Of a DNA stretch of 58,934 bases, positions 43,074 through 52,361 are shown piece by piece (positions within the stretch are counted from its first letter, which is position 1; each line of letters starts with the position of its first letter). Source of the stretch: an uncultured archaeon (lineage in GTDB: Archaea > Aenigmatarchaeota > Aenigmatarchaeia > QMZP01 > QMZT01); the NCBI GenBank assembly GCA_964447525.1, contig CAYUSU010000002.1:23362-82295 (forward strand), written 5' to 3'. Below the pieces are notes generated by a model, which was not told the DNA's origin, made no database searches, and was given only the letters and a program-made list of their open reading frames with translations. The position numbers and the translations under genes were made by a program.

Positions 43074-45920
43074 ATGGTATGGAAATTATTTTCGAAGGAA
43101 ATGCAGGACGCCATTAAAGAGAGAGGATTCGATAAACCCACGTCCATCCAGAGTCAGGGTATACCTCCAATCATTAAAGGCGAAAATACGCTGCTGATCG
43201 CTCCGACCGGTGTGGGGAAGACGGAAAGCGTTATGTTCCCGATTTTTGACGAGTTCGTAAAGGACAGAAAGAAAAGGGAGCTGAAGCCGATTTCCATCCT
43301 TTACATCACTCCTTTGAAATCCCTCAACCGCGATTTGCTGAAAAGGATAATGTGGTGGTCTGAAAGGCTGGATTTTGACGTATCAGTAAGGCACGGGGAT
43401 ACCTCGCAGTACGAAAGGACGATGCAGGCAGCCAACCCCGCTGATATGTTCATTACCACACCCGAAACACTGCAGGCGATACTCGTGGGAAGCAAAATGA
43501 GAGAGCACCTAAGGAACGTGAGATGGATCGTGATCGATGAAGTCCACGAACTTGTTAGCAGCAAGAGGGGCGTTCAGCTATCAACAGGGATGGAACGGCT
43601 CAAGAATCTGATCTCACCGAATAACAAGCGGGGACTGCAAATAGTGGGATTATCCGCGACAGTGGGATCTCCGGAAAAAGTGGCTGAATTCATAACCGCC
43701 GGGGGTAAGTGCAGGATAATAAATGCGGAAGAGAACAAAAAAGTGGACATAAAAGTCGAATCACCGAGACCCGTTACCAATGACAGGAAGGTTTCCGATA
43801 ACATATTCGTACCAACTGAGACAGTCGCCCGCCTGAGGAGGATAAACGACCTCATACAAAAAAATAGCAGCGTTCTCACATTCACGAATACCCGCCAGTT
43901 TGCCGAGGTACTTTCGTCCCGGTTAAAAGTCATGGACAAATCGCTTTCGATAGAAACTCACCATTCTTCCCTTTCCAAGCATGTCAGGATAGAGGCAGAA
44001 GACAGATTCAAGAATCAGAAGCTGAAATCGCTGGTGTGCACAAGTTCTCTGGAACTAGGGATAGACATAGGTTCGATTGATCTCGTTCTCCAGTACATGT
44101 CGCCGAGGCAGGTTTCCAAACTTTTGCAGAGGGTCGGAAGGTCCGGCCACACGATAACGAAGGAAACCAACGGTATAATCATATCAACGGACAGCGAGGA
44201 CTGTTTCGAGAGCACGATAGTAGCGAAACTGGGGAAGGAACGTAAGATAGAGAATACCGATATTTACGGCAAATCTCTCGACGTTCTGGGGCATCAGATA
44301 GTTGGACTCGCGCTGGAAGAATACAACATCCCTCTGGACAAAGCATACAATATCATAAAGAAAGCCATACCGTTCAGGAACCTTACCAGAGACGAATTCA
44401 TAAACGTTGCCAGACTCATGCAGAAGCTGGGATATATTTGGGTCGGATCAAAATTCGACGATTGCGTCACGCTCCGCAGAAGGAAGGACTCCTGGATTTA
44501 CTATTACCAGAACCTTTCCACAATCCCTGACGTCAAGAACTACAGGATAATCGACATAGTAACCAACAAGCCGGTCGGGACGCTGGACGCAGAATTCATC
44601 GCATTGCACGGAGTTCCCGGGACGTCTTTCATAGTGAAGGGCCAGTCATGGAAAATAATTGATGTCGGAGAAAGGGACATCATGGTGGAACCTGAAAGCA
44701 ACATACAGGCCGCCATACCGGCATGGGAAGGAGAGTTGATTCCGGTACCTTTCGATGTCGCGCAGGGAGTTGGAAGGCTGAGGAAAGAGATTGCAGACAT
44801 GATCACTTCAAAAGAAGAACAGAAAAATATCATCAAAAGAATAACGGAAGACTACCCTGTAACCAGCGACGTTGCTCTCAAGATGTACAAATCCATTGCG
44901 AAGCAGCTCAAGTTCGGATTAGTGCCGGATCACAGAAACGTGCTGGCGGAATACTGGGAGGACCATGTCGTCCTTCATACGCATTTCGGGTCACTGGTAA
45001 ACGAGACTATCGGAAGGGTGTTGGCAATGTTGCTTACCAATAAAATAGGCTCGGTAGGTCTGCAAACTGATCCGTACAGAATAATGATAAAGGTCCCGGG
45101 ATACCAGTACAAGGAAGTGGTAAATACCTTCATGGGGATGGGTCCTTCCGAGATTCGGGGACTTCTCGAAATTTCTCTTCCGAACGAGGAGATATTCACA
45201 TGGCGTTTCATCCACGTTTCCCAGAGACTGGGTATTATAGCTAGGAATGCTGATTACGGGAAGGCTTATTTCAGGAAGATCATAGAGGTCTATTTTAAGC
45301 AGCCTCCTTACTTAGAAGCGCTGCACGAGATATTTCAGGAGAAGCTGGACGTCGAAAAATCGATGGAAATCATGGAAATGATCTACGATGGTAAGATAAA
45401 GATAAAAACAATGCAGGGTCTTTCCCCTCTGGGTGAAGCCGGATTGTCCAGAAAATTCGAAATAGTCGCCCCAAAAAAACCAGACAGGGAAATATTCGAT
45501 CTCTTCAAGAAACGCCTCCTATCCACAAAAATGGGCCTGGTTTGCATGAACTGCGGAGAAATCTTTTCTTCTTATTCCATAGAAAACATTCCGGATGAAA
45601 TAAAATGCAGACAATGCGCCGCAAAACTGATAGGATACGCCCCGCAGAGATACGTCAGGGAAGCGAGCAAGATGGTTAAGAAATTCCTAAAAGGAGGGGA
45701 TTTGGACAAGGAAGAGAAAAAACATCACAAGATGATGATGGACTCCGCTTCGATGGTACTCAATCACGGGAAGGACGCCGTGCTCGTCCTAGCAGGGAGA
45801 GGCGTTGGTCCAAAGACCGCTGGAAGAATAATCAGGAAGAACGTCAAAGACGATGATCTGCTGGCGGCGATACTGGAAGAGGAAAAAAGATTCGCCAGAA
45901 CGAAGAGGTTCTGGAAATAA
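43074..45920 (+). CDS. lhr: Lhr-type large SF2 helicase
   Basis: Motif I APTGVGKTE, motif II DEVHEL and motif VI QRVGRSGH. A long C-terminal Lhr/DEAD-associated region includes a CxxC..CxxC ribbon. The start is set at ATG 43074. Confidence 0.85.
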   Translation: MVWKLFSKEMQDAIKERGFDKPTSIQSQGIPPIIKGENTLLIAPTGVGKTESVMFPIFDEFVKDRKKRELKPISILYITPLKSLNRDLLKRIMWWSERLDFDVSVRHGDTSQYERTMQAANPADMFITTPETLQAILVGSKMREHLRNVRWIVIDEVHELVSSKRGVQLSTGMERLKNLISPNNKRGLQIVGLSATVGSPEKVAEFITAGGKCRIINAEENKKVDIKVESPRPVTNDRKVSDNIFVPTETVARLRRINDLIQKNSSVLTFTNTRQFAEVLSSRLKVMDKSLSIETHHSSLSKHVRIEAEDRFKNQKLKSLVCTSSLELGIDIGSIDLVLQYMSPRQVSKLLQRVGRSGHTITKETNGIIISTDSEDCFESTIVAKLGKERKIENTDIYGKSLDVLGHQIVGLALEEYNIPLDKAYNIIKKAIPFRNLTRDEFINVARLMQKLGYIWVGSKFDDCVTLRRRKDSWIYYYQNLSTIPDVKNYRIIDIVTNKPVGTLDAEFIALHGVPGTSFIVKGQSWKIIDVGERDIMVEPESNIQAAIPAWEGELIPVPFDVAQGVGRLRKEIADMITSKEEQKNIIKRITEDYPVTSDVALKMYKSIAKQLKFGLVPDHRNVLAEYWEDHVVLHTHFGSLVNETIGRVLAMLLTNKIGSVGLQTDPYRIMIKVPGYQYKEVVNTFMGMGPSEIRGLLEISLPNEEIFTWRFIHVSQRLGIIARNADYGKAYFRKIIEVYFKQPPYLEALHEIFQEKLDVEKSMEIMEMIYDGKIKIKTMQGLSPLGEAGLSRKFEIVAPKKPDREIFDLFKKRLLSTKMGLVCMNCGEIFSSYSIENIPDEIKCRQCAAKLIGYAPQRYVREASKMVKKFLKGGDLDKEEKKHHKMMMDSASMVLNHGKDAVLVLAGRGVGPKTAGRIIRKNVKDDDLLAAILEEEKRFARTKRFWK

Positions 45921-45922
45921 AC

Positions 45923-47224
45923 TTATCCCGCCATTAAGTCCTTTACGAATTTCTCCGGATCAAATAATTCTATATCTTCGTATTTCTGCCCGCTTCCTAT
46001 GAACAGGATCGGTTTCTTGATCACATGGCAGGCCGAAAGCAGTGAACCGCCTTTTTTGTTGACGTCAACCTTGGTGAAAACCATGCAGTCCACCCCTACC
46101 GCCTCGTCGAATTGCTTTGCCTGCTCCACGACATCGTTCCCGGTGAGGGAATCTATGACCATTATCTTGAGATCGGGTTTGTTCACCCTGATTACCTTCT
46201 TCAGTTCGTCCATGAGATTCTTGTCCTGATGGGAACGTCCGGCGGTGTCGGCAAGAACGAAATCCATACCCTTCGAATCCGCGTGTTTTATCGCATCGAA
46301 CACGACCGCTGCCGCGTCAGCCCCGTAATCATGCTTTACTACCCTGATTCCCAGTTTGTTTCCGTGAACTTCCAGTTGGTCTATCGCCGCCGCACGGAAC
46401 GTGTCCCCTGCAGCCAGCACGACACCGTGTTTGTTCTTCATCAGGTATTTGGCCAGCTTCGCAATAGATGTTGTTTTCCCGGACCCGTTGAAACCGAGAA
46501 AAACCATGCACAACGGTTTCTTTTTCTTGAGCATCCCTTCCAGATCTATCCTTCCCTGGTCGAATATCTCCTTTAGAATGGTTTTGAAAGTATCCCTGAT
46601 CATTTCCTCCGTGCTTCCTCTTTTTACCTGATGCTGGATAAGATGATCTTTCATCCTTTTCTTGAGGAAATCCACGACCTCCAGAGCGACGTTCGCTTCC
46701 ATCAGACCCAGTTCCATCTCGTCAAAAAGTGAATCGATATCCTTTTCGGTTATCTTCCTCTCCAAAACCCTTCCGCTTACCCTTTCCCTGAACCCGGCCT
46801 TCTTTTTCTCTGGCTTGGTTTCTTCCGTTGGAGGTTCCATTTCGGCAGTGACTTCTTCCTTTTTCTTTTTGAATCTTGAAAGGAATCCTTTCTTTTCATC
46901 GGGTTTCTGGAGTTTTTTAGGCTCCTCATTTACCTCAGGTTCTTTCGTTTTAGTGATCTCTGACGGGGTTTCGACTTTATGTTCTTCTTTGACTTCCTTT
47001 TTCGGTTCAGGTTTCTTTTCTATCCTTTTTTCCTTCTTTCGTTCAGGCTTTACTTCTTTTTTTTGTTCAACAACCTTAGGCGGTATTTCCTTCTTTGCCT
47101 CAGGTTTAATTTCCAGAGATTTCTCTGCATTTTCCTTTGGTTCTTCGCCATCCTTCGAAATCTTCACCTTATCCGTGAGCTTATCCACTGATTCAGAGAG
47201 TTTTTTCTTGAGGAAACCAAACAT
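45923..47224 (-). CDS. ftsY: signal recognition particle receptor FtsY
   Basis: NG domain with GFNGSGKTTS, DTAGR and TKVD. The N-terminal region is long and Lys/Glu-rich. Confidence 0.9.
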   Translation of the reverse strand: MFGFLKKKLSESVDKLTDKVKISKDGEEPKENAEKSLEIKPEAKKEIPPKVVEQKKEVKPERKKEKRIEKKPEPKKEVKEEHKVETPSEITKTKEPEVNEEPKKLQKPDEKKGFLSRFKKKKEEVTAEMEPPTEETKPEKKKAGFRERVSGRVLERKITEKDIDSLFDEMELGLMEANVALEVVDFLKKRMKDHLIQHQVKRGSTEEMIRDTFKTILKEIFDQGRIDLEGMLKKKKPLCMVFLGFNGSGKTTSIAKLAKYLMKNKHGVVLAAGDTFRAAAIDQLEVHGNKLGIRVVKHDYGADAAAVVFDAIKHADSKGMDFVLADTAGRSHQDKNLMDELKKVIRVNKPDLKIMVIDSLTGNDVVEQAKQFDEAVGVDCMVFTKVDVNKKGGSLLSACHVIKKPILFIGSGQKYEDIELFDPEKFVKDLMAG

Positions 47225-47248
47225 TATTCACCTCGCTTTAATAAAATC

Positions 47249-47578
47249 TTATTTGGCTTTATTATTTTTAACCTTCTTCCCTTTCCACTCGTCAGTCTTT
47301 ACTTCCGGTTTTACGCCTGATATGTAAGCCGCCTTTGTGATAGCATGTGTTCCAACGGGGGAAGTTATGAAGATTAATATGATCAGAAATACCATCTTGA
47401 CAGAGAAAAACATTTCGAGCTGGTCTATCATGGCGCCGATCAGAATAAGGCAGACCCCTCCGACGTTCATGACCGTCTGAGCGTGGGATCTGGAATAAAC
47501 GTCAGGAAATCGTATGAGTCCTATCGAACCTATTACCGATACGATTCCCCCGATAATCATTAGAGCGTTTCCTATCAT
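47249..47578 (-). CDS. mnhG: Mrp/Mnh-type antiporter subunit G
   Basis: 109 aa. IGLIRFPDVYSRSHAQT is the hallmark of MnhG/PhaG. Confidence 0.8.
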   Translation of the reverse strand: MIGNALMIIGGIVSVIGSIGLIRFPDVYSRSHAQTVMNVGGVCLILIGAMIDQLEMFFSVKMVFLIILIFITSPVGTHAITKAAYISGVKPEVKTDEWKGKKVKNNKAK

Positions 47579-47579
47579 T

Positions 47580-47840
47580 TTATTCCTCCGACATCTTCTC
47601 CCCCATCATGTATTTGGAGATTGCTATGGTCCCGGTGAACGATATGAGAGCATACACTATCGCTATGTCAATCAGCATGTGATTAGAGAAAACCACGGAC
47701 ATGACCACTATAGCCGCCACGACCAGAGAACCGATTGCATCCAGCGATATGATCCTGTCGGAAAATGTCGGCCCAAGCACCAGCCTGACCGCTGATATAA
47801 TACCTGCAGCCACCAGCAGAATTATGATTATTTCATACAT
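47580..47840 (-). CDS. mnhF: Mrp/Mnh-type antiporter subunit F
   Basis: 86 aa. RLVLGPTFSDRIISLDAIG is typical of MnhF. Confidence 0.8.
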   Translation of the reverse strand: MYEIIIILLVAAGIISAVRLVLGPTFSDRIISLDAIGSLVVAAIVVMSVVFSNHMLIDIAIVYALISFTGTIAISKYMMGEKMSEE

Positions 47841-47841
47841 G

Positions 47842-48303
47842 CTAATCCCATATCCTTTTTAACATCCTTTCGAATTTCCTCACTACCTGATTCTTGTTCT
47901 TTGGTGAATTGAGACAATGAACATACAGCTTCTCCGGTTCAGCCTCCAGTGTGAGCGTTCCGGGTGTCATGGTTATCGAATTCGAGAGCATGGTTATTCC
48001 CCATTCGTGCGTGTGCGAATGAGGGACCTCGAAAATTCCGGGATTTATCCTTCCCGTCAATATGGAGAACATCACCTGCAAGTTGGATGTCACTTCCTGA
48101 TACAGGTAATATGGTATGTATAGCATGAAGAAAAGGAAGCCTTTCACGTATCTGGCTTTGTGTTCCCTCAGGAAGCCGTAACCCACGACTATCGATATAA
48201 CCGCTGATACAACAATTCCCGCTATGATTTCCTCCGGATTGAATCCCGTCAGAAGGGTCCAGAACAACCAGAGCATCAAAAATAACAGTAATGATCCTTT
48301 CAT
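47842..48303 (-). CDS. mnhE: Mrp/Mnh-type antiporter subunit E
   Basis: 153 aa with two N-terminal TM spans, then SNSITMTPGTLTLE typical of MnhE. Confidence 0.8.
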   Translation of the reverse strand: MKGSLLLFLMLWLFWTLLTGFNPEEIIAGIVVSAVISIVVGYGFLREHKARYVKGFLFFMLYIPYYLYQEVTSNLQVMFSILTGRINPGIFEVPHSHTHEWGITMLSNSITMTPGTLTLEAEPEKLYVHCLNSPKNKNQVVRKFERMLKRIWD

Positions 48304-48335
48304 GTTATATTTTTTGGTCTAATTGGTATAAGAAA

Positions 48336-48980
48336 TCATTTCTTCGCAGGAGCCTTGACCTGCTTTTTTGGCGCTGTCTTTGCTTTGGCTTTCACCGGAC
48401 CGGCACTTATCTTTTTCTTCGTTTCCTCAAAAAGCTTTTGGATGTTCTCCGGTTCTATCTTGTTTTTGATGTATGCGGAAAAGACTTTTTTGTATTTCTC
48501 CGGTTCGTTCTTTTTCAGTAACTGTGCAAAATTAGCTATGTGCGTTCCCGAGAACCTTTCCGGTTTTGGAAGGATTTCGTCAGAATGCGGAACATTGAGC
48601 CCTCCGTCAATCGCTCCCTTAAGAGCCGAAAACAGCCTGTTTCCCTGCGTAGAAGAGTAAAGTCCCATGTCAAGTATTGCTTCCTTTACTCCGTTTTCCT
48701 TTGCTTTCACCCCGCACAGGAATCCTGTCAGATAGGCCGAAGGAAGATTTCCGCAGTGTGCTTTCCATCCGTATCTTGGAAGTTCCTTGGAATCCGATGT
48801 AACAATGACCTTGTCACCATTCGTTTCGTAGTTGATTATCTGGCAGATTATGTTATTGTTTGATCTCCTCACGACTAACCTGTGTTTTCCAGATTTCAGA
48901 AGACTCAACCTCTGCCTGTAATCGGTTTTCCCTTCTCTTTTCCTTCTGTGAGGAATCACTCTGGTTCTACTTCTTTTCAT
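48336..48980 (-). CDS. rpl18: 50S ribosomal protein uL18
   Basis: RRKREGKTDYRQRLSLLKSGKHRLVVRRSNNNIICQI with a Lys/Ala-rich C-terminal tail. Confidence 0.9.
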   Translation of the reverse strand: MKRSRTRVIPHRRKREGKTDYRQRLSLLKSGKHRLVVRRSNNNIICQIINYETNGDKVIVTSDSKELPRYGWKAHCGNLPSAYLTGFLCGVKAKENGVKEAILDMGLYSSTQGNRLFSALKGAIDGGLNVPHSDEILPKPERFSGTHIANFAQLLKKNEPEKYKKVFSAYIKNKIEPENIQKLFEETKKKISAGPVKAKAKTAPKKQVKAPAKK

Positions 48981-49542
48981 TTTTTTCTACCTTCTTCGTC
49001 GTTTTCTTGGGAGCCGCCTTCTTCTCGGCAGCCTTTTTGACCGGTTTTTTAGTTTCTTTTTTCTTGATCGTTTCTACTTTATTCGCTTCCGGTTTATCGT
49101 CGGTCTTTAACAGTTCGTGTTCTTTCAGATAGTACAATAAATGTTTCTTGTTCCTGAAGAAACCGCCCTTTGCCATTAAATATAATTTCCTGTATTTACC
49201 TTCGGCAAGCTTGTCCTTTTCTTTCATGTCCCTCAGAAGTTTCCTCAAAGGACGAATCTTTTCCATCCATATCGTCTTCTTGGGCTTTCTGGAATGCAGC
49301 TTACCTTTTTTTCTCCCTTCTCCCTTTCTCCTGCCTCTTTTCTTTTGCTTTTTTTTGTGTTCAGCATCTATCCGTGTTATTCCCTTCTTTTTTTTCTTGT
49401 AGATAACACCCCTGGTTATCAGGGTTCTGATGTCGTTCCTTGTTATTGCCTCTTCAACTTCCTTTTCGCTTCTGATTTTGACTCTGGAAACGCCTATCTT
49501 CATTACCTTCGAAGCAAGATGTTTCTGGGATCTTACGTTCAT
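48967..49542 (-). CDS. rpl19e: 50S ribosomal protein eL19
   Basis: MNVRSQKHLASKVMKIGVSRVKI. The track start at 49551 is GTG and the ATG at 49542 lies 5 nt after the rps2 stop. The C-terminal tail is long and Lys-rich. Confidence 0.9.
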   Translation of the reverse strand: MNVRSQKHLASKVMKIGVSRVKIRSEKEVEEAITRNDIRTLITRGVIYKKKKKGITRIDAEHKKKQKKRGRRKGEGRKKGKLHSRKPKKTIWMEKIRPLRKLLRDMKEKDKLAEGKYRKLYLMAKGGFFRNKKHLLYYLKEHELLKTDDKPEANKVETIKKKETKKPVKKAAEKKAAPKKTTKKVEKNEKK

Positions 49543-49547
49543 AAAAA

Positions 49548-50162
49548 TCACTCACCACCGAAATCCTTCAGTGTGTACTTGAATTCCTCGTTTTTCGTTA
49601 TCTTTTTCCTGTTCTTGAGAATCTCCCTCGCCATAAGCATGAAAACAATGGCAATCGCCTTTTTCCCGTTGTTGTTTATCGGAATCGCATAATCAACATT
49701 AACTGCGTCGTTGAACGTGTCACACAAAGCAATCACCGGAATCCTCTTCTTCTTTGCCTCTTCCACAGCCTGCCTGTCTATCAGGGGATCAACAACGATT
49801 ATTATATCAGGTTCGTAGAACTTCCTGAATGAAGGATTCGTTAGGGTACCCGGGCTGAACCTTCCACCCACGGCCACTCCCCCGACAACTTCGGAGAACT
49901 TTTCTATTGCCCTTCTCCCGTTGTTTTTTCTGGAAACGACCATTATCTTGTCGAATCTTGACACGAAATCGCTGGCTGTCTTTATCCTTTCGTCAACCTT
50001 CTGGATATTGAATACCGAAAGACCGTCATCCCTGACCTTGTATATGAACCTTTTCATATATTTTGTGCACATCTTCATCCCTATGTGCACGCCTGATGTC
50101 AGGTATTCCGTCCTGCTGGCGAGCATGTCCTTCTCTTCCGGCTTTGTCTCTTTTACATTCAT
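49548..50162 (-). CDS. rps2: 30S ribosomal protein uS2
   Basis: YLTSGVHIGMKMCTKYMKRFIYKVRDDGLSVFNIQKVDERI and IIVVDP...IPVIALCDT. Confidence 0.9.
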   Translation of the reverse strand: MNVKETKPEEKDMLASRTEYLTSGVHIGMKMCTKYMKRFIYKVRDDGLSVFNIQKVDERIKTASDFVSRFDKIMVVSRKNNGRRAIEKFSEVVGGVAVGGRFSPGTLTNPSFRKFYEPDIIIVVDPLIDRQAVEEAKKKRIPVIALCDTFNDAVNVDYAIPINNNGKKAIAIVFMLMAREILKNRKKITKNEEFKYTLKDFGGE

Positions 50163-50529
50163 TATATCTAACCAATGAGTATACGGTAATCCATATTATT
50201 TATCCCTTATATTTAAATATATACTTAATTACGAAGGTTTGTCTCTATGCCTTGATTGAAGATATACAGTTATAAGATTTATTTTTTTATTATTTGTTAT
50301 GGATGATGTATTAATGGTCGGGTTCAAGATCAACCCTGACAGTTTGCTTTTAGACGTAGGGATCGTCACCGGAAAATATCCGGTTTGGGCAATCAGAAAA
50401 CGCAATAGTTGTGCCCCAATAGATGTCGTTACAAAAAAAGGAACCTATATCAGAACTCCGAAAACGCTCGAGATTATTTATTAATCATGGCAATTCGGCT
50501 ATGTTGTTATATAAAACAGAAACCGGATT

Positions 50530-50922
50530 TTAGACATTGGAAGCAGCCAAGTGGCTTTGTTGGTCAATGTACGCCTTTCTTGCGAGTTTCATGACTCCAA
50601 GGGTTTTTCTGACGTCAGCAATGTCACTCGTGAATGTGTCCGGATTGTATTCATCAAAAATCATTCTTCTTATGGATTCGTCCGTCTCTGAACCGTCTCC
50701 TATCAGGGCAACTGCGCAAAGATTAATAACGTTTCTGATGAAGTTTTTCTTCTTTCTGACAGCACAGTCCTCGTTTCCGTCGGAAAGTTTGTTCATGGCA
50801 TGTACCATGTCAACTTCTCTCAGCGTAAAAACAGGACGATTCTCGTACGGCTTGGGTACCAGTGTACAGTATCTTTCTCCCGAGTCAAACTCGATCTTCT
50901 TCCCGTTTATGTATACTTGCAT
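50530..50922 (-). CDS. hypothetical protein
   Basis: 130-aa ORF between eno and rps2 on the same strand. No motif recognised. Confidence 0.5.
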   Translation of the reverse strand: MQVYINGKKIEFDSGERYCTLVPKPYENRPVFTLREVDMVHAMNKLSDGNEDCAVRKKKNFIRNVINLCAVALIGDGSETDESIRRMIFDEYNPDTFTSDIADVRKTLGVMKLARKAYIDQQSHLAASNV

Positions 50923-50964
50923 GTTACCACTTTATTTAACTTTCAGAAGCAAGCTTTATAATTT

Positions 50965-52140
50965 TTACGGTAACTCTGCCATGCTGTTATGGGGGATGTC
51001 GTGCCATAATTCTATCAACCTGTTATGTTTCATCGTGTCGGGCCCGAGGTTTCCTATCTTGATCAGCGGGCTTTTCCATAATAATGAGAGGTCTGAAAGC
51101 CAGTCATCATACGTTTCCCTTGACCTGTGGGAGGCGATAGTGTGAATGCCGTTCTGCCTGGCCATTTCCGCTGTCTGGAACGCCTGTGAAAGCGTGCCGA
51201 TCTGATTGGGTTTGATTATTATCCCGTTGGCCGAGCCTTTTACAATCCCCTTCCTCAGCCGTTCCGCGTTCGTGCAGAACAGATCGTCACCCACTACCAG
51301 CGTTTTCGGCAGGGACTGTCGGAGATCCGCGAAATTCCTGAAATCGTTCTCGTGGAACGGATCCTCAAGAAAGTAGAGCTTGTACTGTTCCGCGACCTGG
51401 AGTATGGTGTCGAAATGCTCCTCCGGGCTTATTTTCTTCCCCAGGTCTTTGTAGACGTAATTCTTCCCGTCCCAGAAAGAGGAAGCCGCGAAATCTATAC
51501 CTATCTTCGCATCCCAGTCTTCCACCATGTTCGAGAGGAAGTCCAGCGTCTTTATGCAGTCTAACCTGCACATCCAGGCGTTTTCTATGTTCTTTCCCGT
51601 AAGAATGCCCTTCCTTTTCAGCTCGTCGCCTATGGTATGCCACATCTCGAAATTCATCCTTGTCGCATGCTCCGGGTCTCTGGCTTTTTGTGGTATGATC
51701 AGGAATTCCTGCCACGTCGATTTTCCGCCGTGCTTCGCCCCGCCAATGACATTACCTAATGGATAGGGGAAGGCCATCCTTGATTTCGGGCCTTCCAGTC
51801 TCCATAATTCGCCATCGCTCGATGCCCTCGCAACGGCCAGTGAAGTGGCGAGAGCGAGGTTCCCTCCGATGTTTTGAAAATCGTTGGAATTGTCCAATTG
51901 AAGTAGAATCTTGTCGATGGTCACCCAGTCCGTCTCGTCCAGTCCTATCAGCGAATTGCGGATCTTTGGGAAGACCTTCGTGACCTCGTTGTACCTGAGG
52001 CTTTTCGCTTCGTTCTCTCCCTTGGATGTTCCTGCTGTGGCGCATGCAGTGAAAAATCCTTTAACGGTCCATACCTTCACCTTTATTGTGATCTCTCCGG
52101 TAGAATCGTAGATGGGATATAGCTTGACATTTCTTATCAT
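50965..52140 (-). CDS. eno: enolase-family protein (short, divergent)
   Basis: GDDLFCTNAERL and ASHRSRETYDDWLSDLSL correspond to the enolase GDDLxVTN and SHRSGETED blocks. It sits in the conserved archaeal rpoK-eno-rps2 context. Confidence 0.75.
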   Translation of the reverse strand: MIRNVKLYPIYDSTGEITIKVKVWTVKGFFTACATAGTSKGENEAKSLRYNEVTKVFPKIRNSLIGLDETDWVTIDKILLQLDNSNDFQNIGGNLALATSLAVARASSDGELWRLEGPKSRMAFPYPLGNVIGGAKHGGKSTWQEFLIIPQKARDPEHATRMNFEMWHTIGDELKRKGILTGKNIENAWMCRLDCIKTLDFLSNMVEDWDAKIGIDFAASSFWDGKNYVYKDLGKKISPEEHFDTILQVAEQYKLYFLEDPFHENDFRNFADLRQSLPKTLVVGDDLFCTNAERLRKGIVKGSANGIIIKPNQIGTLSQAFQTAEMARQNGIHTIASHRSRETYDDWLSDLSLLWKSPLIKIGNLGPDTMKHNRLIELWHDIPHNSMAELP

Positions 52141-52172
52141 GATTTATTCTATTGTTCTGCAGAATAAATAAA

Positions 52173-52355
52173 TCAGCACTTTTCCTTCTTAATTTCGATC
52201 GGAATGACTTCTTTTTCCCATTCCATCTCAGCGATCTTCTGGGGATCGGTCATCCCCTTCGGAAGGTTGACCAGAACAGGCGCTCCCTGCGCTATCTGAA
52301 GTGCCCTTGTGGAGATTATTCGTGCCTTTTCGTATCTCGTATATCCTTTATCCAT
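52173..52355 (-). CDS. rpoK: DNA-directed RNA polymerase subunit K (Rpo6)
   Basis: 60 aa, TRYEKARIISTRALQIAQGAPVLV. Confidence 0.85.
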   Translation of the reverse strand: MDKGYTRYEKARIISTRALQIAQGAPVLVNLPKGMTDPQKIAEMEWEKEVIPIEIKKEKC

Positions 52356-52361
52356 AATAAT

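Noticed and set aside
50299-50484. A 61-aa plus-strand ORF, and a C/D-box-like pattern (GATGATG ... CTGA at about 50303..50338), in the 367-nt gap upstream of rps2.
   Set aside because: The box spacing is too short for a C/D sRNA (no C'/D' pair, no terminal stem). The ORF has no support beyond being open.
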